From the human T2T-CHM13v2.0 reference genome, Homo sapiens: DNA of 64,000 nucleotides. This document shows, piece after piece, positions 24,048 through 36,819 of this stretch; the first letter of the stretch is position 1, and every line of letters starts with the position of its first letter. The position numbers and the translations under genes are program-made. The DNA lies in the NCBI RefSeq assembly GCF_009914755.1, contig NC_060926.1; one strand, given 5' to 3'. The notes under the pieces are model-generated. The model was not told the origin of the DNA. It worked only from the letters and a program-made list of their open reading frames with translations, and ran no database searches.

Positions 24048-24555
24048 GAGTACTATTCAGCCATAAAAATGAATGTGATCCAGTCATTTGCAACAACATG
24101 GATGGAACTGGAGATCATTATGTTAAGTGAAATAAGCCACAGAAAGACAAACATTGCATGTTCTCACTTATTTATGGGTCCTAAAAATCAAATCAGTTAA
24201 ACTCATGGATGTAGAGAATAGAAGGATAATGACCAGAGGCTGGGAAGGGTAGTAGGGGGTTGGGGGAGGTGGGATGGTTAATGAGTTAAAAAAAAAAGTT
24301 AGAAAGAATGAATAAGACCTACTGTTTGATCACACAATAAGGTCACTATAGTCGATGATAATATAATTGTATATTTTCAGATAAAGAATGTAACTGGATT
24401 GTTTGTAACTCAAAGGATAAATGCTTGAGGGGATGGATACCCCATTATCAGTGATGTGCCTATTTCACATTGCATACCTGTATCCAAACATCTCATGTGC
24501 TCCATAAATATATACACCTACTATGTACCCACAAACAATTTTTAAAAATAAAAAA
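24048..24555 (+). mobile_element. L1MA1-3 type 3' end, 5'-truncated
   Basis: GAGTACTATTCAGCCATAAAAA...GAATGAATAAGACCTAC...TATACACCTACTATGTACCCACA followed by an A tail. Confidence 0.9.
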
Positions 24556-26119
24556 GTGAACAACAAAAAAGCAGAAAGCAGGGTTTTTTTTGTTTTTTTT
24601 TTTTAAGAGTATTGAGGTTTTTTTGTTTGTTTGTTTTCCAGCAATGGGAGCCAATATCTGGAAAACTGAGAGACTGGATGTAAATTGTTTAGTTCAGAAG
24701 CTACTATAGTAGCATAAGTGTGACACCTTAATACCCTAGACCATGATAATAGGAAGGTAATAGAAGGGGAAAGATGTATCTATCCCATATTCTAGATTTT
24801 AAAATTTGTGATGGTAGGAGGCAGCAGAATAAAAACAACAAAGCCTCTAGTTTCAAAACCTGTGACCAAGCAATTGACAATATTTGTAATAGAAGTTCAA
24901 ATGTATTGCAGATTTTAAATTAATGGAGTTGAAAGGAAAGCAATTATATACTTCAGTTTAAATGCAGTTCTAAGATAGTGCCTTTGAAAGAAATTGGCAG
25001 ATATTATAATCATCTACTGTGTTCTACTATTTAATCCAGGTGGTACATATAAAATGTCCTATAACATTTCTATGATTTCTAGCTTTTCCAGTTAATAAAG
25101 TAACTTTATACTTATTGTCTTATTGATGTTATGATAGGTAATAATAGAAACATCTCTTGCATTTGGGAAGTACTTTTATTATTTCAACCGATAATAGATC
25201 AATGATTTATTAATCATACCTAACTAACTATAGTCTAGCCCAACACAGGCCAATGCCTAAGAAGAATACAACAGCGCATAGCCTAGTGACACACACAATC
25301 TGGGAATGCCAGCAGACCTCTGGCCACCTTCTGAGCAACTCAACTACTTTGGCTGAGGGTCCTTGAATAAAAAATAGAGTTTAAATAAGACAAGTACCAA
25401 ACCCATTCACTTGGTTCCACTCTCCTATAGCAAATACTGGCCATCTCATTAATAATTAAAAACAACAGCTGCTAATGCCTTGGAACAAGATGGCTAATTT
25501 ACATATCCTGAGCGCTGGCAAGAGTTCTCCAGCACGTTCTGCCAAACCCGGGGAGGATTCTGTTTTCTCTGAGGCAGGTAAAGGGCAGAAAGGAAACTAC
25601 AGCTCAAACACGAATATTAATAAAGTTGTAAAGGAGCATATAATTAAGCCATATCAATTATTTATCTAATTATGAGGTTATTAGTCATCTAAAATTACTC
25701 AGCAAGCAACTCCAGAGTCTATGGGGTACTAACATACAAAGTGTTGTCCAAAATCATCAGGCCTGAAAAACTCCATCTGACAATGCTGCTTCAACATTAA
25801 TTAGCTGTAAGATCTGAAGGATGAGTAGAAAAAGGAGGATATGGTGAAATATTCTATTAGAAAAAGCCATGTCTTTGATGGCTGGAGGTAAGAGAAAGCA
25901 CAGTGTTTTCTACTAAATGATTACTTGTCTTCTGAAGTTATTTCATTTGGGGAAATCATATCTTTATTCCATGAGTCCAGTTGGCTCCCTGGGTCCGGAG
26001 CTGTTCCCTGGAGAATGTTTTGAGTTCAATTATTTAACACTGAGATAAGATTCTCCATTTACTGCAAGCCTCAATGGATGTCCTAATATCTGCATGCAGG
26101 TAGTGAAGTGTTTATTCAC

Positions 26120-26619
26120 TGTGTAGATGGAATAATGATCCCCCAAAGACATTGACATCCTAATCTCTGGGACCTGTGAATATGTTACCCTACGTGGCAA
26201 AAGGTACATCGCACACATGATGGGTTAAGAATGTTGAGATGGAGAAGTTAGCCTGTCTTATCCAAGTGAGCATATTGTAATTATGAGGGTCTTTATGAGC
26301 CGGAGGGAGGAAGGTCAGCCAGCGGAGAAGTGATAAGCAGAGATCAGAGAGAGATTCGGAGACGGATTTGAAGATGCTGTGGTACTGTTTGTCTTTAAAA
26401 ATCAAAGGAGAGACGACAAGCCAAGGAATACAAGGGGCCTCTAGAAGCTGGAAAAGGCACAATAGCAGATTTTCACCTAAGCCCCCAAAAGGAATGCAGT
26501 CCTGACCCATTTTAGGCTTCTGACTTCCGGGACTCTAAGTTAATACATTTGTGTCACATTTACATTTTAAGCCATTACATTTATGGTAATTGTTACAGCA
26601 GCAAGAGGAAGCAAATCCA
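26120..26619 (+). mobile_element. MLT1D-like solo LTR
   Basis: CCCCCAAAGACATTGACATCCTAATCTCTGGGACCTGTGAATATGTTACC...CTCTAGAAGCTGGAAAAGGC...GTTACAGCAGCAA, ~500 bp. Confidence 0.85.
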
Positions 26620-27775
26620 TTCATCACATCTCCCCAGAATAAATTCACCAATACCTGACCATTTCACATTTCTATTCTGAGGCATAAGGATCATGAGCTA
26701 ATTAAATAGCACAACAGTTGTGATATTTCTTATTCACATTTAAGAGAAAGTAGTTTGTTTAAACAAATTAACAAATAAAAAGATTTTTGAAACTACCCTT
26801 ACGAAAACATGAAGTAATCTAAATGTGCAAGAGACAAATTGGGCTATCCAGCTGGCCTCCCAGATTCACAGGAATATAAATCAAAGCCCAAAATAAAACA
26901 AAACTATTGGTATGGAAGGGTTCCATCTGTAGAAATGATGAGAAATTCCTATAAGACATATTACAGTTTACGACAGAGAGAAGTTTATCATAAACATTGT
27001 AGAACATAAGACATCTGAATAAAAAAATCTATTGGGGGAGAGTGAATGGAGTCCCTACAGGAATCTACTTACACAGCCTAAATCAGGATGGCAGAGGAGG
27101 GAGGCAACTATGGAATCTGGGGATTGTCCCTTCAAGAACAGTTTTGAGTCCTGGGTCCTAGGCCTTAGTGGCTGAGGACTTTTCCTTGGCTTACTCCCGG
27201 CCCTAACAGCATTCCAGGAAAAATAGAAGCATCATAGTAGTTCCTCAGTGAGGGAACTTAGAACTTAGAGTTGAGTCATTTACACTTGTAAAAGCAAGTA
27301 TAATCTTCTGTTTCCAATTCCTCTAGCACTTTCCCTTTAAAGGAAATGAAAATGACTCCTGTCTCCCTATATCGTACTGTGGAAATTCCAGTAGTCTTCC
27401 CAGCATTTCTGAAGCTACCTGGAGGTGGGGTACATTTTGTTTCCTTGGTCAGCCTTTATTATCTCAGGTCTTCTGAAGGCCACTCCCACTTCAGGTACTG
27501 TCCTTCCTCCTTCATTTTCTAATATGCCATTAATAAAATTCTAGTGTTTGTAATGTACTACTTCTGAAGATTTGAGTATAACTCAAAAGGTCTAAAGCAC
27601 AGCAAAGAATACTGAACAATTTAAAATTAAATGTTAGGCATAATGATACTGAATTTTCTAGGTCATCCAGAGAAATTTTCTCACTGGCCAAACTTCTTTG
27701 ATTACATAAAAAAACCAAGAGCTCCTTCATCCTCCAAAGCCCATTCCCTCCCACCTGCCTTAACCTCGTCACCAA

Positions 27776-27806
<31 letters not shown>

Positions 27807-28557
27807 GCGTGTCTGTTTTGATTTTTTTGTACCCTCCAAGGAACAGGTCTAATTCCTGTTACTCTACTATACAGAGCTACTCACCTTCTTTTGTTACAGT
27901 CTCTCCCACCAAGAAAGATTGAACAACCTAGAAAAATAACCGCTATGGTGTTTTCCAAAGAACAGTATGTCCCCTATGAATCCCAACTTCTTCTTAAGCC
28001 TCAGGTGTAAACTGCAGGCAGCTTCTAAAACAGCAACAACTCAGTCACCCTGGTACACAAGGCAACAATCTCTTTGGCCCAGCAGTGATTCTCTGGTCAG
28101 GTTGCCTCCAGCTGTATTTTATTTATTCCTCTCAATGAGCACCTGAAACCCATATTTATAACTAAAGGCTGTAATTGGCTTCAACATCTGCCCCTTCTTT
28201 GGGGCTTAAAAGATTTGATAGGAACTCACACCACTCTGACAGAACCAATCCTAAATCTCAATATTGGACACACAGTGCCCTCTGAGAAAGACTGCAAAAT
28301 ACATTAAAACACCTTATACTTCAAAGGAAGGCAACCAAAATGAAAAAAGAATTCAAATTCTGCTCTCTGAAAACAAAACCAAATAAAAGCAGTTATTCTA
28401 TCAAAGTTGAGAAATTATCTAATTCTTACCTGCAAAGACATTTAAGGGGATATATTTATGAAGCTAGGGGAATTACTAATGAAAGCATAGTGACTAATAA
28501 ATCATATTTTTTCTCAGTATCAGTAAATGCCAAAGAACTGAAATTGTCATAAATTGC

Positions 28558-28930
28558 TTCTTTAGTGTGTTTTCATACTGCTAGAAAGTACTGCCCAAGA
28601 CCGGGTAATTTATAAAGGAAAGAAGTTTAATTGACTCACAGTTCAGCATGGCTAGGGAGGCCACAGGAAACTTACAATCACGATGGAAAGCGAAGGGGAC
28701 GCAACACCTCCATCACAAGCCAGCAAGCAGAAATGCTCAGTGAAGAGGGAAGAGCCCCTTATAAAACCATCAGATCTCCTGAGAACTCACTCACTCTCAC
28801 GAGAACAGATGGGAAAATTGCCCCTCATGATTCAATTACTTCCACCTTGTCTCTCCCTTGACACGTGAGGATTATGGGGATTACAATTCAAGATAAGATT
28901 TGGGTGGAGACACGAAGCCTAACCATATCA
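28558..28930 (-). mobile_element. THE1C-like solo LTR
   Basis: Ends AAGCCTAACCATATCA and contains AATTGACTCACAGTTC. 5 bp TSD ATTGC / GTTGC. Confidence 0.9.
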
Positions 28931-29289
28931 GTTGCTGAGAGGAAAATGTTCATTCCCAATTATTATATATCTAGCCAAATTTTCATTTGTACTTGATGGC
29001 AACCCCCAAAATATTTGAAGATGAAAAAAAATTTAAAGTATATCATATACATTTTAAAACAGTAGACATTATTAAAATTCATGGAAAAAAAAACAAAATA
29101 ACAAAATGAATCAAAAGGGTACATACAAAATACTTGGCAATGAGCAAAGAAATCAGTAAAACCGAGTAGACAAATTCAGTGATTCTTTATCTTGGCTTCA
29201 TGTTTTGATTACCTGGAAGAATTAACAGCAAAAATAAATACAAATAAATGTACATTCATAAAATAATAAATACAAGAAGTGTTTCATGG

Positions 29290-29402
29290 TTCACATTCAC
29301 AGAGAAGTGATTGAATTCCTCTTGGGTAGGGCCCAGACATGGGGGCTTTGTAGAGAGTCCTCTGTGACTCCAATGTACATACAGAGTTGTGAACCCTAGT
29401 TT
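29290..29402. mobile_element. MER5-family fragment
   Basis: GGGTAGGGCCCAGACAT...GTGACTCCAATGTACATACAGAGTTGTGAACC. Confidence 0.45.
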
Positions 29403-29524
29403 AAGTAATTTGGGGGAACATGGGCTTATTGACATGGGAAATAAAGAAAGGAGAGAGCTGGAGGGAATAATTTTTAAAATGCTATATTTCTCCTCTGATA
29501 ACAATAAGAGATAATAGTTAATGT

Positions 29525-29780
29525 CTCATTTATTTGTTTGAGCTAAGAATATCATCGAAAACGTACCCTCTGCCAGCCTTTTTGATAGGTGATGGGAATA
29601 TATAGTCATCAAGATATGCTGAGTCCTGAAATTCAAGGAACATATAGTCCATCAATAGAAATCAACAAGAAATAGATGGACACAGGGCAATATGATTCTG
29701 GGAAACCAAGCAGGGAGCACTAGGGAAGCTCCAGAAAATCAGAGCTGCCTGCCTGGAGGAGCTAATAATACCTGATCTAA
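29525..29780 (-). mobile_element. L2 3' fragment
   Basis: TCATTTATTTGTTT...TGCCAG...GGTGATGGGAATATATAG...TCAAGGAACATATAGTC. Confidence 0.5.
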
Positions 29781-32512
29781 ACTAATACCGGGTCTGCTCT
29801 TGACTTACAAGCAATCTGTTCAGGCTCAACTTACAAAATCATTTTCTATTATTCTAGTTTACTGTTACTTGTTTTCTCATTCATCAGTAACTAGAGTCAA
29901 TAGATTAGATAAAAAGGAAGAATTATCTAGAGGCAGGTCTACTCTTTGAAAAGAAGTGAATATAAGAGCTGGCACCAAATAATAAAGCCAATAAGAAATC
30001 AAAATGGATCCCCAAATTACCACAATCTTGGGACATTTTAAAAAAGAAAAACCATCTTGCGTATCTCAATATTTTTCCAAGGTAGTAATGAGAGTTCAAC
30101 ATGCCTACAAAAGACATTTAACAAAAGGCTAAACATTGCTGTCACTTCCTGTTAAGTATATAGGAAGTATAATCTTGTTGGTAGTTTCACTCCTTGTAAG
30201 GATAAATTTCCTACAAGGTTTTGAGAAGAGGGAGTTGTCTCCCTTTAGCCTTTGAGCTGTGTCCCTGGTTTGTTATTTCTCTATCTTATGAACACTGAAT
30301 TCAGCTTTTGGGGGGTTACTAATACTGGCAAACACCTAGAACTTCTATTTCGCAGTTCTCCTCAATAAGATATCACTTCTTCCTCACAGACTTTTCAAAA
30401 CAGGAAAGGAGAATATGGGGTAGACTGTATTTCCATTAAAGGTCCATTGCTTAATTTTCTACAAGATGTTTACACATTTTAATGGAAATGTTGATTTTAC
30501 TGAGGAGTTTTGGTAACAAAAGGAAATTTAAATGCATTGAGGAGTGTTCAAAAATAAAAGCTGCACGCTGCATATGACTAACCTTCTAGGCCCAGGTGTG
30601 ATGAGTGGGGCACAAAAATGGACACCTGTTATGTGATTTTGTCTTGTGATATACCCCAATTCCCAAATTGCTCCGCTCTCCTGAGACCCATTGCCTTCCT
30701 GGAGAGTGCCTTCTTGTTCACACTTTAACAAGGCAAATCCTATCTTCTTTTAGAGCGACCCCAGTTGCTTATCTGAGTGAGTTTATCTGACTTTAGAAAA
30801 CATCCATCTCTCCCTTCACCAAGAAAATCGACGTGCAAATTTGCTTCTGTACATGTTGTAAAGCATAAGTAATTCAGTCTAGAATAATATCGCAACATAC
30901 ATAGGAAGGGGGAGAATGGCTAGAGAACAAGCTAAGATATACCTGTCACCCAGTGCCAGTTCAGATCCTGTGATACCTCCTCATCAGCATCAGGTACAGA
31001 TATGCTTTTTCACTCTGCTTGATTATCCAAAAGGCAACTACTGAGTCAAACAAAGACAACACTTCTAAAGGAACACCATGCATCTTCTGAGACAGTCAAG
31101 ACAAAATCCACATAGAAGAGGATGAACACTTCTTTAACTGCTAGCTCATCTGTTCAGCTGCTGAGCCTCCTGCAGGGTGGCTCTCCTTTGTTTTACGCTG
31201 CTTGCACATGGCACTTCTGTGCCTTTGACACCTGAGATGTGACTCGTTACAAAGAAATGCATGTTTCCTGCTCTGTTCTCTTCCTCTAATAAATAGTCAG
31301 TAAAGGCTTTAGAATCAAACATTTTGTTTTTTCCCCCAAATAACTTTTAAAACTATTTAACATTTTGGTCATGGCTTTCTGAAAGGTTCTCTTGCCATTG
31401 TGTTGGCATCCAAGGTGCTTTGGATTTAATTTAAGAGGGTAAAAATATGTGAACTGTCATATTCTTCTGGCTGAAAAGTATGTAAATGTTGCCCATTCCA
31501 GGAGATATTTGAAATTATAAAGAGAAAATGAGTTTTCAAGGGAAGGGGGAACATTCAGAATCTTGGGACAGGCCAAGGGTCATGAGATTCCTAAGAGCTG
31601 AATATGTGCTCTCCAGCGGAAGTGATGTGCCTTTGATTGATTAAAAGGTACTGCTAACCTCAACCTCAAAATCAAGAGTTACTAAGTAATGGCCCTGTAA
31701 ACATCATGAACTAGTGATGTACAGTAGAGCCTTCTGGGGAAGCAAAAGATGGTTTGAGAAGAGAGACAGAGCGAGAGAGAGAAAGAGAGAATGAATATTG
31801 GAAGCTCACCCTCAGCACGTCTAACCCTTTTTGTCCGTGCATCAAAAACTTCAATTATATTAGGTCATAAAGGAGCAGCTAAGTCTTCCCTTTGCTGAGT
31901 TCTTCTCAGAGGGAATCCCGGTAGTAAGGAAAAAAAAGAAAACAGAATACCCACCAATTTAACATTCTATTAAATTAGATTTACTTAATATTATACTCTT
32001 AAAGGGTTAATTGCACTGTAACTTTACTGGAAAGCTCTTGGTTATAATCCTAATTATTATTATAGAATTCTGTTTTCATTAACCCTTTAGCACTGCCTTA
32101 TTAAGTTAATTTGACACATATTTTGTGTTTTGGAAAAAGAAAATATAAAATAATAATAAGAGCCTTACAGCAGTAAATGCCCAAAATACAAGGTCCAGAA
32201 TTGAAGAAGAATATCATGTGAAATCTGTATGAAAGGGTGATCTGGGATTTGGCAGAGGAACCATTCAGCTACAGCCTGAAGATAAAGAGATACAGAGGAA
32301 AATCAAAAGCTAACTGGTAGGGGAGCAGTATGCAAATAGGGCTGTGAGTTGGAGGCAGCCTTATTAATTTTCAGGAGAACCTTGTATACAATATCATGAA
32401 CAAAGAACACTCACATTACAGATTCTGTAGAGATTCGCTGAGGAATACAAAAGAAAAAGTAAAACAAAAAACAAAAACACAAGCAAGCCCAAATCCAGTG
32501 CCATTAAAGGAG

Positions 32513-32551
32513 TGTGTGTGTGTGTTTGTGCGTGTGTGTGTGTGTGTGTGT
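32513..32551. repeat. Imperfect (TG)n microsatellite
   Basis: Directly visible. Confidence 0.95.
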
Positions 32552-33456
32552 CGAAGAGGACGTATTCACATTTGCACTCACACACATATTAAAGCTTGAT
32601 GCTGTCTGGAGCATATACAATACCTATCACTAGAAATCTGTTTACAGTTTTCTTTTTCTAATACAACATCTTTTTGCAGAGAGCAGGCCTCCTGCATTAT
32701 TAATATTCAGACGACTTGTATAATAAGGTGCAGGTACATTTCCATCACATTGCATGCATTTCTATAAAGGTACTCAGTAGCAAAACTGATGTGGAGACTA
32801 ATGAATCTTGGCCAAGGAGGGTGGTTTGGTTACTAAGTTAGGCTGCATGTCATTTTTACATATCACTACATTATTTTTATTGCCCACTGTTATTTCGTAA
32901 CATTCATTTTAAAGAATAAGTATCCATGCCCTTATTTAAGATTTTCCATCTTCTGAATGATTCTCAGGATTATTCAGCTTCAAGACACTTCACAGACTTT
33001 AAGAAAAACAATTATAGACCTGAATTCATACTCTTACGATTGCCCTAAGGTTTGTCCTACAAAGCATTTGTTTGATAAAATGAAACAAATGTGTATGTGG
33101 GGAGAGAGAGCATAGGATAGGATGGAGCATCTATATTTGATTTTAGACATCTTTTTCTTGTCCTAAATGTCTTAGATGTTCTTCGTCCTCCTCAAATTCC
33201 GTCTGTTTATTCTAGAAGCTTCAGAGATATATCTAGCCCCCAAAGTAACAAAAATAACCTTTGGAGAATTAAGTTAGTTTTACTTAAACTCTTTTTAAAT
33301 TTGTTTGTGGATACGTAGTAGATGCATATATTTATGTGATACATGAGATAATTTGACACTGGCATGCTTTGGCCTAAAAATCACATCAGGGTGAATGGAG
33401 CATATTATCCTTTCTTTGTGTTACAAACACCCTAATTATACTCTTTTAATTATTTT

Positions 33457-33773
33457 ATTTTATTTTTAAATTTTCATTATTTTTATGTTTCTTGAAACAG
33501 GTCTCACTCTGTTTCCTGGGCTGGAGGGCAGTGGCACAAACACAACTCACTGCAGCCTCAACCTCCTGACCTCAAATGATCCTCCCACTTCAGCCTACCA
33601 AGTAGCTGGGACTACAGGTATGTGCCACCAGGTCCAGCTAACTATTGTATTTTTTGTAAAATGAGGTCTCACTGTGTTTTCCAGGCTTGTCTTGAACTCC
33701 TGGACACAAGTGATCCTCCCACCGCAGCCTCCCAAAGTGCTGGGATTACAGGCATGAGTCACTGCACCTGACC
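33457..33773 (-). mobile_element. AluJ (Jo/Jr-like)
   Basis: CTCACTGCAGCCTCAACCTCCTG...GATCCTCCCAC diagnostics, full dimer. Confidence 0.9.
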
Positions 33774-33850
33774 TTGTACTTATTATTTATTTATGTATTT
33801 ATTTATTTTAGTGCTTAACTTTTATTTTATTAACACTAAGATTCCTATTC

Positions 33851-34033
33851 TTTTTTTATTTTACTTTAAGTTATGGGATACATGTGCAGAATGTGCAGGT
33901 TTGTTACATAGGTATACATGTGCCATGATGGTTTGCTGCACCCATCAACCTGTCATCTAGGTTTTAAGCCCTGAATGCATTAGGTATTTGTCCCAATGTG
34001 CTCCTTCCCCTTGCTCCCTCCTGCCCACCCCAA
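33851..34033 (-). mobile_element. L1PA8-like 3' terminal fragment
   Basis: TTTAAGTTATGGGATACATGTGCAGAATGTGCAGG...TCTAGGTTTTAAGCCC...GCATTAGGTATTTGTCC. Confidence 0.85.
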
Positions 34034-35329
34034 TTTGTAGTTATTTTTAAATGTACAACAAATAATTGTTGACTGTCATCACCCTGTTGTGCTATCAAAT
34101 ACTACATCTTATTTGTGCTAACTATGTTTTTATACCCATTAACTATCCACACTGTCCCTTAACTCCTGGCACTACATTTCCCAGCCTCTGGTAACCATCA
34201 TTCTACTTTCTAGGTCCATGAGTTCAACTGTTTTAATTATTTTATCTCCCACAAATAAGGGAGAATATGCAAGTTTGTCTTTCTGTGCCTGACTTTTTTC
34301 ACTTAACATAATGACCTCCAGTTCCATCCATGTTGTTGCAAGTGATAGGATCACATTCTTTTTATGGCTGAATAGTACTCCGTCATATATATGTACATTT
34401 TCTTTATCCATTCATCTGTTGACAGACACTTACATTGCTTCCAAATCTTGGGTATTGTGAATAGCGCTTCCACAAATATGGGTGTTGCAGATATCTCTTT
34501 GATACACTGATTTTCTTTCTTTTGGGTATATACCTAGAAGCGGGATTGCTGGATCATATGGTAGCTCTATTTTTAATTTTTTGAGGAACCTCCAAACTGT
34601 TCTCCATAGTGGCTGTACTAATTTACATTCCCTTCAGCAGTGAATATAGGTTCTGACAATTAACAGTGCAAACAATACCCAACACCATACACATGTTAAT
34701 TGGTTCAGATTACAAAATTCCAGCTGAAAAAACAAAGTTCAAGAAACTTTGCACTCAATGGATGCCTAAATCAGCTGCAGATGACAGCACAGCTTTCAAT
34801 ATAAATTTTAAACAAACAGGATCAAGGTAGAGACATGGCTTTATCAGTATGATCTGGAATGCAAAGTACAATCAAAGCAGTGGTTACCAAAAAGTGGAAG
34901 TGGTCCAGTCAAAGCAAAAAACAAGCAAGAGCAAAGGTTTTGGCAAAAGATTTTGGGATGCTCAAGGCATTTACTTGTTGACTCTGTGGAGGGGTAGAGA
35001 ACACTAACATCTGCTTATTATGAGTTTTTAAAAAGTTAGCCAAAGCTGTCGCAGAAGAACACACAAGAAAGCTTTTCCAGTGAGTCTTTCTCCACCACAG
35101 CAATGATCCTGCTCACCTCTCATCAAACAAGGGCAACTTTTTGGCAGTTCTGCTGGGAAGTCATTAGATATCCACCTTATATTCCTGATTTGGCCCTTCT
35201 GACTTTTTTGTTTCCTAATCTTAAAAAAATCTTTAAAGAGCATCCATTTTTCTTTAGTTAATAGTACTGTAAAAAAGACTACATTGACATGGTTAAATTC
35301 ATTCTCCTAAGGATATCCTTCAAAAGGCA

Positions 35330-36720
35330 AAGTTTTAAATTTTGATTTTTAAATTTGATGCTAAAATTTAATTTCATTTGTTCTGGTACCATCCATTGAA
35401 AAGATTACCCTTTCTCCACTGAAATGCTTTCGTACTATTGTAAAACCATAAATTCTTCATATATGTGTGCTTATTTCTGTATGAACTACTATGTTTTGTT
35501 GATTTGTCTGTCTTTATGTCAATTTCACACTACTTTGATAAATTTCATAAGAAATCTTGAACTCTCACTTTGTATATTCTAAGTCTTTTGTGTTTCTATA
35601 TGAACTTTATAATCAGCTTATCAAATCTATAAAAAAAAATGCTAGGATTGAATCTAAAGGTCAAATTGGGGAGAGTTAACATTTTAGGAATACTGAGTCT
35701 TTCTACCCTTGAACATGGTACATCTTTCCATTTTTTAAGGATATTTCAAAAACACTCTTAGCAGTGTTTTATAGTTTTCAATGTCAAAGTTGTATACATA
35801 TTTTGTGAGATTTATCACTGTATTTTCATTTTTATGCTATTTAAGTCATATATTTTTATTTTAATTTCTAATCATTTGACGCTATTTTATAGAAATATAT
35901 TTTGCCTATTGATCACGTATCTTACAAACTTGCTAAACTCACTTGTTCTAGTAGTTTTTTGCAGATTTTAAATTTTTTTTACATGGACAATGATTTTGTT
36001 CATGCAAAAGTTTTATTTTTTTCTTTCCATCTGTATGACTTTTACTTCATCCTCTCTCACTATTTCAATGGCTAGTGCAATAAAGAGAGAATAGAAGTGG
36101 TGAGAGAAAAACCTCTGTTCTTGATTTTTCACGGAAGACAATCTGTCTTTACCATTAAGTATTACGTTAGCTGTAGGTTATTAACCAATTCCCTTCCTTG
36201 GATCGAGGAAGTTTTCTGTTGTTCCTAGTTTGCTGAGAGCTTTTATCAGGAATGGATGTTGAATTTTATCAAATGCTTTTCTGCATTTATTTGGGATCAT
36301 CTATGTTTTCTTTTTAATTTTGTCAATATGTTGAATTATTGATGGATCTGTGAGTGTTCAACCAATTTTGCATTTTGGGGTAGACCTCAGAAATGGGCAT
36401 GATCTAGCCGGTCATGATATAATCTAAGTTATTTTCCTTCTCAGAGAATCAGCCTTTTATTTAATGGATTTTTCTCCATTTTCTCTCTTTTTTCAGTGGA
36501 TTAAATTCTGGTCTTTATTATTTCTTTTTCACACTTCCTTTGGGTTCAATTTGCTTTTCTTTAGCAGGGTTATTGATAAAAGCTGAGGTCATTGGTTTAA
36601 GACCATTTTTTTTTAATGTAGATCTTCTGTGCTAGAAGGTTTTCCACTAAGTTACTGCTTTAGGAACATTCCACAAATTTTAACATGTGTTTTTATTATT
36701 CATTCAACTTAAAATATTTT
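35330..36720 (-). mobile_element. Old L1M ORF2 fragment (host of the L1PB, continues at 42380)
   Basis: Antisense ORF2 motifs (TTCCTAGTTTGCTGAGAGCTTTTATCAGGAATGGATGTTGAATTTTATCAAATGC). Confidence 0.75.
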
Positions 36721-36819
36721 TTTAATGTAGTCCTACTTTAGACATTTTAAGTTCTATACAAATAAAAGGCATTATAATTAAAATGTGAAATAAACTCATT
36801 TATCATTATAGTTTGTTCT

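Larger units (their letters stand above)
33292..34652 (-). mobile_element. L1MA1-3 type 3' fragment hosting AluJ and L1PA insertions
   Basis: TGTGGATACGTAGTAGATGCATATATTTATG... resumes at ~34035 with TTATTTTTAAATGTAC...CCCAGCCTCTGGTAACCATC. ORF 34172-34411 is the ORF2 C-terminus (ATTWMELEVIMLSE). Confidence 0.88.
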
